Positions 32,070 through 40,478 of a DNA stretch of 64,000 nucleotides are shown here, piece after piece. The notes under the pieces were generated by a model. That model ran no database searches. It saw only the letters and a list, made by a program, of their open reading frames with translations, and had not been told where the DNA came from. How positions within the stretch are numbered: position 1 is the stretch's first letter; every line of letters begins with the position of its first letter. The position numbers and the translations under genes were made by a program. Origin of the DNA: an uncultured Candidatus Rokubacteria bacterium (GTDB lineage Bacteria; Methylomirabilota; Methylomirabilia; Rokubacteriales; DASRDR01); assembly GCA_963708025.1 (NCBI GenBank), contig CAVPSB010000032.1:128001-192000 (forward strand). Reading direction: 5' to 3'.

Positions 32070-33701
32070 CTACGCGCCCCGGAAGCGGAGACCCTGGCGG
32101 ACGACCGCCTGGTAGGCGCTCAGCTCGGCGTCGATCCGCCGGGAGCTCCAGCCGAGGAGCGCGCCCATCCGGGCGGCGATGCCGCCTGAGCAGTCCAGCC
32201 CAAGGCACGGCCCGGTGCCGATCCCCGTCCGCCGCAGGAGGAAGTCCTGGAGCGACACGGTCAGCTCGCCCTCCACCGCCCAGTGGAGCTGGGCCACGAT
32301 CTCCGGCGCGCTCTTGCAGAGGCGCTCCGTCCCCCCTGGCAACCGGCGGGCGAGGTCGAGCACCGCGCCGGCCCGCCGCCCGTAGGTGGCGACGAGCATC
32401 TCCACCTGCCCCGCCTCGAGGCCCGAGGCCCGGACCGCTTCGCTCACGTCCAGCAGCGCCCGCACCTCCAGCGCCCCGGCCTCCTCGTCGGAGCCGTCCA
32501 GGGCCAGCCGGGCCGTCCGGCTCGGCCCACCCTTGCCGGTGAGGCGCGCCACCTCGTCCCCCACTCGCTGGGCAAGGCTCCGGAAGCACGTCAGCTTGGT
32601 GCCGGTGATCGACAGGAACCGGTCGTCGGGCCCCTCGGCGATCACGCGGTGCTGGCGGGAGACCGCCGAGGCCCGGCGGCCGCCAGAGCCATCGCCGGCG
32701 GTCAGCGGGCGCACGCCGGCGTAGGTGTAGGCGACGTTCGACTCGTCGATCCGCGCGTCGGCGAGCACCCGCCGCGTCTCGGCGATCAGGTAGCTGACGT
32801 CCTCGGCGGTGGCCCACACCCGGTCGGGATTGTCGGCGAAGTCGGTGTCGGTCGTCCCGACCAGCGAGAACTCCCGCCAGGGGATCACGAACACCATCCG
32901 GTCGTCCTGGGTCGAGAGGTAGATGGCGCGCTCGGTCAGGCGCGGGAGGAGGAGGTGCGCCCCCTTGGTGGTCCGCAACAGCCGACCCCTCTCCCCCACG
33001 GAGGCTAGCTCGCGCACGCGATCCACCCACGGCCCGGCCGCGTTGACCAGGACCCGGCCGGCCAGGGTGACCACGTCGCCGCCGACCAGGTCCCGCACGC
33101 GGACCTGCCACCCGCCGCCGGGCTGTGGCCGCAACTCCTCGGCCTGCGCGTAGTTGAGGGTGTGGGCGCCGGCTCGCCGCGCCGCGAGCACGTTCTCCAG
33201 GCACAGGCGCTCCGGCGAGAGCAGCAGGTCGTCAACGTAGTACCCGGCCCCGACCAGGTCATCGGGGCGGATCGTCGGCTCCAGGGCCAGCGCCTCCTCC
33301 CGGCTCATCGTCCGGTAGCGCTCGGTCCGCTTCCCGGGGGTGAGGAGGTCGTAGAGCCGGAGCCCGATCCGCACCTTGACGAGGCTCCGGGTGCCTCCCG
33401 CGTGGACCGGCACCAGGAAGGGCAGTGGGCGAACGAGCTGCGGGGCCAGGCGGGCCAGGGTCTCGCGCTCGCGCAGCGACTCCCGGACGAGGCCGAAGTC
33501 GAACAGCTCGAGATACCGGAGCCCGCCGTGGATCAGCTTCGACGAGCGGGAGGTGGTGCCCGATCCGAAGTCGGCCTTCTCGACGAGGATGCACGACAGC
33601 CCCCGGAGAGCCAGCTCGCGGGCCACGCCCGCGCCCGCCATGCCGCCGCCGACGATGACGGCGTCAACCGGGGCGGCATCCAGTCCGGCCAGCCGACTCA
33701 T
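32070..33701 (-). CDS. glpD: Glycerol-3-phosphate dehydrogenase/oxidase (FAD)
   Basis: VGGGMAG, DFGSGTTSRSSKLIHGGLRYLE, VNAAGPWVD, GTTD, GVRPL. Confidence 0.93.
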   Translation of the reverse strand: MSRLAGLDAAPVDAVIVGGGMAGAGVARELALRGLSCILVEKADFGSGTTSRSSKLIHGGLRYLELFDFGLVRESLRERETLARLAPQLVRPLPFLVPVHAGGTRSLVKVRIGLRLYDLLTPGKRTERYRTMSREEALALEPTIRPDDLVGAGYYVDDLLLSPERLCLENVLAARRAGAHTLNYAQAEELRPQPGGGWQVRVRDLVGGDVVTLAGRVLVNAAGPWVDRVRELASVGERGRLLRTTKGAHLLLPRLTERAIYLSTQDDRMVFVIPWREFSLVGTTDTDFADNPDRVWATAEDVSYLIAETRRVLADARIDESNVAYTYAGVRPLTAGDGSGGRRASAVSRQHRVIAEGPDDRFLSITGTKLTCFRSLAQRVGDEVARLTGKGGPSRTARLALDGSDEEAGALEVRALLDVSEAVRASGLEAGQVEMLVATYGRRAGAVLDLARRLPGGTERLCKSAPEIVAQLHWAVEGELTVSLQDFLLRRTGIGTGPCLGLDCSGGIAARMGALLGWSSRRIDAELSAYQAVVRQGLRFRGA

Positions 33702-33795
33702 GGTCCAACAGGGGGGGGAGTGCCAGCCACTCCTCCCCCCTGGACCCCCCCCACCCGCCCGCCGCCGTCCGCCGCCTGATGCCATGCGTGGCGGT

Positions 33796-34578
33796 TCATC
33801 CGACAATCTCCTCCAGCGAGGCGAGCACGTGGTCCGGCTGCCAGCGCCCGATGGCGGGGTCGCCGGGCTCCGTGATCCCGGTCAGCACCAAGATGGTGGC
33901 CAGCCCGGCCGCCTTCCCCATCGCGATGTCGGTCTCCAGCCGGTCGCCGACGATAGCGCAGTCCCGCGCCTCCAGGCCCAGCCGCTCCAGAGCGACCCGC
34001 AGCATGATGGGGGACGGCTTCCCCACGATCGGCTCGACGCGCCGGCCGGTGACCGCCTCGACGGCGGCGATCATCCCCGCCGCGTCCGGGATCTGGCCGT
34101 CCTCCACTGGACACGTACGGTCGGGGTTGGTGCCGATCAGGCGGGCCCCATGGCGCGTCACCGCCTGGAGGGCGACGTCGAGCTTCCGGTAGTCGAAGGT
34201 CCGGTCGAAGGCCACCACGACGTAGTCCGCCCGGGGACCGTCCACCGGCTTCAGCCCGGCCGCCTCCAGCTCGGCCACGAGGGGCGGCTCGCCGATCACG
34301 AAGCAGCGGGCGCCGGGCGCCTCCCGGGCCAGCCAGCGCGCGAGGACGTAGGAGGAGTTGATCACCTCGTCGACCAGCGTCGGGACACCGAGTCGCGTAA
34401 GCTTCGCCGCGTAATCGGCGCGGCTCGCGATCGGCTTGTTGGAGAGGAAGCACACGGGGCGGCCGGCGTCGCGGAGCGCCCCGACGGCCGCCTTGGCCCC
34501 CGGGAGGAGACGCTCACCGAGGTACACCGTGCCGTCGAGATCCAGGATGAAGCCCCGATAGGGGAAGCGGATCGACAT
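33796..34578 (-). CDS. HAD-IIA family hydrolase (NagD-like)
   Basis: DLDGTVY, LSN, TNPD, GKP, VGDRLETDI. Confidence 0.92.
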   Translation of the reverse strand: MSIRFPYRGFILDLDGTVYLGERLLPGAKAAVGALRDAGRPVCFLSNKPIASRADYAAKLTRLGVPTLVDEVINSSYVLARWLAREAPGARCFVIGEPPLVAELEAAGLKPVDGPRADYVVVAFDRTFDYRKLDVALQAVTRHGARLIGTNPDRTCPVEDGQIPDAAGMIAAVEAVTGRRVEPIVGKPSPIMLRVALERLGLEARDCAIVGDRLETDIAMGKAAGLATILVLTGITEPGDPAIGRWQPDHVLASLEEIVG

Positions 34579-34584
34579 GCCCTC

Positions 34585-34613
34585 ACCGTGTCATCGGGCA
34601 GGCCGGCTGTCAA
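34585..34613 (-). promoter_or_regulatory. Putative sigma70 promoter giving leaderless HAD transcript
   Basis: TTGACA-17 nt-CACGGT with TG; ATG begins 7 nt downstream. Confidence 0.45.
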
Positions 34614-34791
34614 GACAACCGCCCCCGGACGCCGGGCCGATCTCACGATAGAGGATCAGGTGAACCACTCCAGCTACGGGCTGAACCGGGCCTCGAGGCG
34701 CGCGGTCGAAGAGCGTGCTGGCCGACTGGTCGGGGCCGAAGCCGGCGAGCGAGGCCCGGTGGCGGTGCGCTCGGGGCCGGTCGGGCGCGCG

Positions 34792-35337
34792 CTACCGCCA
34801 GAGGTCGGCGGGAGTCAGGGTGAGGTCGGGCCAGTCCGGATGGGAGAAGGGCGCATCGCCTTCGGAGGCGCAGACGAGCCGGTAGGTGCCCTGCTCGGCC
34901 CGGTAGCACTCGATCCGGCGCGCTTCCGGGTCCACCAGCCAGTAGTGCGGGACGCCGAGGGCGGCGTAGCGGCGCGCCTTGGCCGTCCGGTCCTGGGTGC
35001 GCGTCGAGGGGGAGAGCACCTCGACGACCAGCGCGGGCGGGCCCTCGACGCCCCGGCCGGACACCTGGGTCGGCTCGGTGACGACGACGAGATCCGGCTG
35101 GACGACGTCGTGAAACGACAGGATCAGATCGATGGGCGCGTTGAAGACCTCGCCGAGCCCCCGGGCCTCGAAGTAGGCTTCGAGCTGGCGCTGGAGCCGC
35201 TTGGAGACCCGCTGGTGCAGGGGACTGGGCGCCGGGGTCACGTACAGCTCCCCATCGAGGACCTCGTAGCGGTTCCGGTCGGGTGGAATCGCGGCGTAGT
35301 CGTCGTAGTCGAGCCTCTGCTTGAGCCCTATCTCCAT
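34792..35337 (-). CDS. Uma2/DUF820 family PD-(D/E)xK endonuclease
   Basis: RYEVLDGEL..PAP..HQ, VQPDL, LVVEVLSPST..D..K..YA..GVPHYWLVDP. Confidence 0.92.
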   Translation of the reverse strand: MEIGLKQRLDYDDYAAIPPDRNRYEVLDGELYVTPAPSPLHQRVSKRLQRQLEAYFEARGLGEVFNAPIDLILSFHDVVQPDLVVVTEPTQVSGRGVEGPPALVVEVLSPSTRTQDRTAKARRYAALGVPHYWLVDPEARRIECYRAEQGTYRLVCASEGDAPFSHPDWPDLTLTPADLWR

Positions 35338-35407
35338 CGCGCCTGCCTCTCGCCGTCCATCATACCGCCCCCGCGGTCAAATCTCATCAGCGCACGCCCC
35401 GGGGGCG

Positions 35408-35515
35408 CTACCGGCCGTCCCGGACCGCCGCGACGGCCTCGATCTCGACCAGCATGCCGGGGATGGCGAACGCACCGATGCCGATCAGCGTCGAGGCCGG
35501 CTTGTCAGCGCCGAA
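35408..35515 (-). pseudogene. RidA/YjgF family C-terminal remnant
   Basis: FGADKPASTLIGIGAFAIPGMLVEIEAVA*; no start or room for an N-terminus before the nuoN stop. Confidence 0.75.
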
Positions 35516-35556
35516 ACTCCTCGCTCGGCGCGGGGGTCGGCCTCCGGGAGGACGGG

Positions 35557-37012
35557 TTACGACAGGAGCGGGGCGATGGCCCGCCGGGCGAACGCGAAGA
35601 CCGTGCCCGGCAGGAGCCCCAGGTGGAAGGTTGCCCACACGGCGAGGGCCAGCGCCAGCCCGGCGGCCGGCGTCAGCGCCGCCCGCACCCCCTCCTCCCC
35701 CGGCTCCCGCATGTACATGTAGACGATGAGCCGGAGGTAGTAGTAGGCGGCGGCGACCGCGTTGAGCACGGCGATGATCGCGAGCCACACGAAGCCCCCG
35801 CTGATCGCCGCGCTGAAGAGGTAGAACTTGCCGATGAAGCCCGCGGTGGGCGGGAGCCCGATCAGCGAGAGCAGGCACACGGTCAGCACCAGGGCCAGGA
35901 TCGGGTGGCGCGCCGACAGCCCGCCGTAGGCGTCCAGGTCCACGGCCTCGGAGCCGTCCGCGCGCTCGAGCAGCAGGATGACCCCGAACGCGCCGACGGT
36001 GGCGAACGTGTAGACGACCAGGTAGTAGAGCACCGCCGCCAGGCCCAGCTCCGACCCCGCGGCCAGGCCGACCAGCATGTAGCCGACGTGGGCCACCGAG
36101 GAGTAGGCGAGCATGCGCTTGAGGTTCCGCTGGGCGAGCGCCACGACGTTGCCGACGGTCATGGTCAGGGCGGCCAGGAGCCAGAGCAGCATGGCCCAGT
36201 CGGGCTGGAGCACGCGGGTAGAGACGAGCACCCGGACGAGCGCGGCGAAGGCGGCGGCCTTGGACCCGGTGGCGATGAGCGCCGCCACCGCCGTGGGCGC
36301 CCCCTCGTAGACGTCGGGCGCCCACTGGTGGAAGGGGACGGCCGAGGTCTTGAAGCCGAAGCCGACCAGCAGGAGGACCAGCCCGACCAGGACCAACGGC
36401 TCCCGGGCCGTCCCCGGCGCCCCCAGGGCGGCGCCCAGCCGGGCGAGGTTCGTGGTGCCGGTGGCCCCGTAGAGGAGCGCGATCCCGTAAAGGAAGAAGC
36501 CGCTCGAGAAGGCCCCCAGCAGGAAGTACTTCATCGACGACTCGTTGCCGGTGGGCCGGGTGCGGAAGAAGCCGGCCAGGACGTACAGCGAGAGCGACAT
36601 CAGCTCCAGCCCCAGGAAGACCACCAGGAGGTCGAGGGCCGACGCCATCAGCATCATGCCCACCGTGGCGAACAGGAGGAGGACGTAGTACTCGCCGGCC
36701 TCGATGCCCTGCCGCCGCACGTAGCCCACCGAGAGGAGCAGCACGAGGCCGGTGCTGACGCAGAAGATGCCGTTGAAGAACAGGGTGAAGTCGTCGGCCG
36801 CCACCATCTGCTGAAAGCTCGCCGCCGAGCTGCCCCACATGAGGGCCGAGGCCAGGAGCGCGCCGCTCAGCCCCAGCACGCCGACCGCGGTCAGGTGGAT
36901 CCGCCGTGGCGCCGGAACCAGGTCCAGCAGGAGACAGGCCAGGCTCGTCGATGGTCACGATGAGCATCGGCGTCAGGACCGGCCAGGTGAGCGCGGGAAT
37001 CGCGATCGGCAT
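35557..37012 (-). CDS. nuoN: NADH-quinone oxidoreductase subunit N (frameshift near N-terminus)
   Basis: GEYY, LELMSL, KYFLLGAFSS, FK.SAVPFHQWAPDVYEGAPT, KRMLAYSS, GF.GKF. Confidence 0.92.
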
Positions 37013-38514
37013 CAGAAGTGCCACCAGCCGACCACCGGCCCCACCTTCGACTTCACCAGCGCGATCAGCTCGGCCACCGCCGGCTCGGTCACCGCGGTGA
37101 ACGGCGTCGGGTAGACGCCGATCCAGACGATCAGCAGGAGGAGCGGCGCCACCGTCAGCACCTCGCGCGGTCCGAGGTCCCGGAGCTTCCGGACCTCCTC
37201 GTGGCGGACCGGGCCGAAGAACACGCGCTGGTACATCCAGAGCATGTAGACCGCGGCGAAGATGATCCCGCCCGTCGCCAGCACGGCCACCGGGCGGCTC
37301 ACCTGGAAGGCCCCCACCAGGATCAGGAACTCCCCGACGAACCCGTTCAGGCCCGGCAGCCCGATCGACGAGAGCGTGACCACCAGGAAGACCGCCGAGA
37401 AGAGCGGCAGGATCGCCCACAGGCCGCCGAAGTCGGCGATCAGCCGGGAATGCCGCCGCTCGTAGATCATGCCGACCATGAGGAAGAGGGCGCCGGTGGA
37501 CAGCCCGTGGTTCACCATCTGGATGATGCCGCCGACGAGGCCCTGGGCGTTGAGCGCGAACAGGCCCAGCATCACGAATCCCAGGTGGCTCACCGAGGAG
37601 TAGGCGATGAGCTTCTTGAGATCGGGCTGCACCATCGAGACCCAGGCGCCGTAGAGGATGCCGATGAGGGCCAGCACGAAGATGGCCGGGGCGAAGACCG
37701 CCGAGGCGTGGGGGAAGAGCGGGAGGCAGAACCGGATGAACCCGTAGGTCCCCATCTTGAGGAGCACGCCGGCCAGGATCACGCTGCCGGCGGTCGGCGC
37801 CTCGACGTGGGCGTCGGGCAGCCAGGTGTGGAAGGGGAACATCGGCACCTTGATGGCGAAGGCGAGCGCGAAGGCCAGGAACAGCGGCACCTGGACGCGG
37901 AAGTCGAGGACCAACTCGGCCAGGGCGGCGTAGTCGAAGGTGTAGATCCCGGTCCGGCTTCCGTGCAGGTAGTAGAGGGCCAGGATGGCGAGCAGCATCA
38001 GGGCCGAGCCGGCCATCGTGTACAGGATGAACTTCACCGACGCGTAGACCCGGCGCGGCCCGCCCCAGACCCCGATGATCAGGTACATCGGGATGAGCAT
38101 CGCCTCCCAGAAGACGAAGAACAGGACCAGGTCGAGGGCGCAGAAGACCCCGACCATGGCCGTCTCCAGGAGGAGCATGGCGATCAGGAACTCCTTCACC
38201 CGGGTCGTGATCTGCGTCCAGGCCGACAGGATGCAGAGCGGCGTCAGGAAGGTCGTGAGGAGGACGAGGAGCAGGCTGATGCCGTCCACGCCGAGGTGGT
38301 AGCTGATGCCGGAGGCCGGGATCCAGGCGGCCCGCTCCTCGAACTGCATGCCGGGCTCGTTCTTGAAGCCGATCCAGAGTCCCAGCGAGACGACGAAGGT
38401 CGCCGCCGACACCCAGAACGCGACCAGGCGGAGCCGCCGCTGGTCACGGCCGTCCAGGAGGAGCAGCGCGACCGCGCCCAGCGTGGGCAGGAAGGTGATC
38501 GTCGTCAGCAGCAC
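37012..38514 (-). CDS. nuoM: NADH-quinone oxidoreductase subunit M
   Basis: LGVDGIS, FWEAMLIPM, KVPMFPFHTWLPDAHVEAPT, LLKMG.YG, PGLNGFVGEF. Confidence 0.95.
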   Translation of the reverse strand: MLLTTITFLPTLGAVALLLLDGRDQRRLRLVAFWVSAATFVVSLGLWIGFKNEPGMQFEERAAWIPASGISYHLGVDGISLLLVLLTTFLTPLCILSAWTQITTRVKEFLIAMLLLETAMVGVFCALDLVLFFVFWEAMLIPMYLIIGVWGGPRRVYASVKFILYTMAGSALMLLAILALYYLHGSRTGIYTFDYAALAELVLDFRVQVPLFLAFALAFAIKVPMFPFHTWLPDAHVEAPTAGSVILAGVLLKMGTYGFIRFCLPLFPHASAVFAPAIFVLALIGILYGAWVSMVQPDLKKLIAYSSVSHLGFVMLGLFALNAQGLVGGIIQMVNHGLSTGALFLMVGMIYERRHSRLIADFGGLWAILPLFSAVFLVVTLSSIGLPGLNGFVGEFLILVGAFQVSRPVAVLATGGIIFAAVYMLWMYQRVFFGPVRHEEVRKLRDLGPREVLTVAPLLLLIVWIGVYPTPFTAVTEPAVAELIALVKSKVGPVVGWWHF

Positions 38515-38524
38515 CGGCGAGCGC

Positions 38525-40402
38525 CTAGCGGGGCCAGAGCAAGAGGCCCAGCAGCGCCACCACGCCGATCAGCATGGTCAGCGCGTAGTTCATGACGAAC
38601 CCGGTCTGCAGCCGCCGGAGCCGGGCGGCCGCGCCCAGCACCAGGTCGGCCACCCCGTTCACCGCGCCGTCGATCACCCCCAGGTCGAACTCCGCGCACC
38701 GCTGGGCCATCCGCCCGATCGGCCGCACGAACAGGGCATCGTACAGCTCGTCCACGTAGTACTTGTGGAGGAGCACCCGATGCACGGCGTTCTGCGGCAC
38801 GCCGATCTTCGCCAGATCGGCGCGGCCCTTGATGTACATCTGCCAGGCGACGGCGATGCCGCCGAGCGCCACCAGCACCGACACCGCCATCAGCCTCCAG
38901 TCCGGCCCGTGGTGACCGCCCTCGCCCTCGCCGCCCCCCAACACCGGCCCGAGGAAGCGGCCGATCATCGCCCCGTCGTGGAACGGCCACCCCCACACGC
39001 CGGCCCCGGCCGCCAGCACGGCCAGGATCATCAGGGGGATCGTCATGACGGGCGGCGACTCGTGGACGTGGTGGGCGACTTCGTGGTCCACGCGCGAGGC
39101 GCCGAAGAAGGTCAGGAACACCAGCCGCCACATGTAGAAGGCGGTCAGGGCGGCGCCGATCAGGCCGAGGGCGAAAATGGCGTAGTGGTGGGCGTTCCAG
39201 GCCCCGGTCAGGATCTCGTCCTTCGAGACGAAGCCCGAGAACGGTGGGATGCCCGAGATGGCCAGCGTGGCGACGAGCATGGTGTTGCGGGTCCAGGGGA
39301 GCTTCCGCCAGAGCCCGCCCATCTTGCGGAGGTCCTGCTCGCCGGAGAGCGCGTGGATCACCGAGCCGGCGCCGAGGAACAGGAGCGCCTTGAAGAAGGC
39401 GTGGGTCATCAGGTGGTAGATGCCCGCCGTGTAGGCACCGACCCCCACGCCGATGAACATGTAGCCGAGCTGGCTCACCGTGGAGTAGGCCAGCACCCGC
39501 TTGATGTCGGTCTGGACGAGGCCGATGGTGGCCGCGAACACCGCGGTGATGACGCCGACCCACGCCACCACGTCGAGGGCCACCCCCGACCGCTCGAAGA
39601 TCGCGTGGGACCGCGCCACCATGTACACCCCCGCCGTGACCATGGTGGCGGCGTGGATCAACGCCGAGACGGGCGTCGGGCCCTCCATGGCGTCGGGGAG
39701 CCACGTGTGGAGCGGGAGCTGGGCCGACTTGCCGCAGGCGCCCAGGAAGAGGAGCAGGCTGATCGCGGTCGCGGTGCCGATCGCCAGCTCCGGCGCCCGC
39801 GGGAAGACCTCGCGGAACTCCAGGGTGCCGAGCGAGGTCCACAAGAGCATGATGCCCAGGCCGAAGCCGAAGTCGCCGACCCGGTTCACGATGAACGCCT
39901 TCTTGCCCGCGTTGGCCGCCGACTCCTTCGTGTACCAGAAGCCGATCAGGAGGTAGGAGCAGAGCCCGACCGCCTCCCAGAAGACGTAGAGGAGGAGGAA
40001 GTTCCCGGCCAGGACCAGCATGACCATCGAGAAGACGAACAGGTTCAGGTAGGTGAAGAAGCGCGGGTAGTCCGGGTCGGTGTGCATGTACCCGATCGAG
40101 TAGACGTGGATCAGGAAGCCGACGCCGGTGACGACCAGGAGCATGACGGCCGAGAGCTGGTCGAGCTGGAACGTCAGGGGGGCGCGGAAGGTGCCGGCGA
40201 CGATCCACTCCCACACCGGCCCGGCGAAGATCTCGTGGCCTCGCCAGACACGCAGGAACGCGGCGGCGGCGAAGGCGAAGGCGAGCCCGACGGCGGGAAC
40301 GCCGACCCAGTGCGCCTTGTGGCCGAGACGGCGCCCGAACACCAGGTTCACGAGGGCGCCCGCCAGCGGCAGGGCAGCGATGGGCCAGATCAAATGGATC
40401 AT
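38525..40402 (-). CDS. nuoL: NADH-quinone oxidoreductase subunit L
   Basis: HVYSIGYM, FWEAVGLCSY, NRVGD, GKSAQLPLHTWLPDAMEGPTPVSALIHAATMV, THAFFKALLF, lateral-helix C-terminus. Confidence 0.95.
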   Translation of the reverse strand: MIHLIWPIAALPLAGALVNLVFGRRLGHKAHWVGVPAVGLAFAFAAAAFLRVWRGHEIFAGPVWEWIVAGTFRAPLTFQLDQLSAVMLLVVTGVGFLIHVYSIGYMHTDPDYPRFFTYLNLFVFSMVMLVLAGNFLLLYVFWEAVGLCSYLLIGFWYTKESAANAGKKAFIVNRVGDFGFGLGIMLLWTSLGTLEFREVFPRAPELAIGTATAISLLLFLGACGKSAQLPLHTWLPDAMEGPTPVSALIHAATMVTAGVYMVARSHAIFERSGVALDVVAWVGVITAVFAATIGLVQTDIKRVLAYSTVSQLGYMFIGVGVGAYTAGIYHLMTHAFFKALLFLGAGSVIHALSGEQDLRKMGGLWRKLPWTRNTMLVATLAISGIPPFSGFVSKDEILTGAWNAHHYAIFALGLIGAALTAFYMWRLVFLTFFGASRVDHEVAHHVHESPPVMTIPLMILAVLAAGAGVWGWPFHDGAMIGRFLGPVLGGGEGEGGHHGPDWRLMAVSVLVALGGIAVAWQMYIKGRADLAKIGVPQNAVHRVLLHKYYVDELYDALFVRPIGRMAQRCAEFDLGVIDGAVNGVADLVLGAAARLRRLQTGFVMNYALTMLIGVVALLGLLLWPR

Positions 40403-40420
40403 GGCTGTGCGGCGCCGCTA

Positions 40421-40449
40421 AGCCTAGCGGAAGGGTCGGGGAGTGTCAA
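40421..40449 (-). promoter_or_regulatory. Putative sigma70 promoter of nuoLMN
   Basis: TTGACA (40449-40444)-17 nt-TAGGCT (40426-40421), 19 nt before nuoL ATG. Confidence 0.65.
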
Positions 40450-40478
40450 TCGGATTGAGGCTTCAGTGGATCGAGGCT

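Noticed and set aside
34792..35337. Uma2 nuclease as part of a defence system
   Set aside because: Solitary member of a commonly expanded family; no partner genes or array nearby
40399..40478. Regulator C-terminus overlapping nuoL start (translational coupling)
   Set aside because: Results from the frameshift near 40830-40860; the TPR-like C-terminus ends at 40479 and the gap holds a promoter
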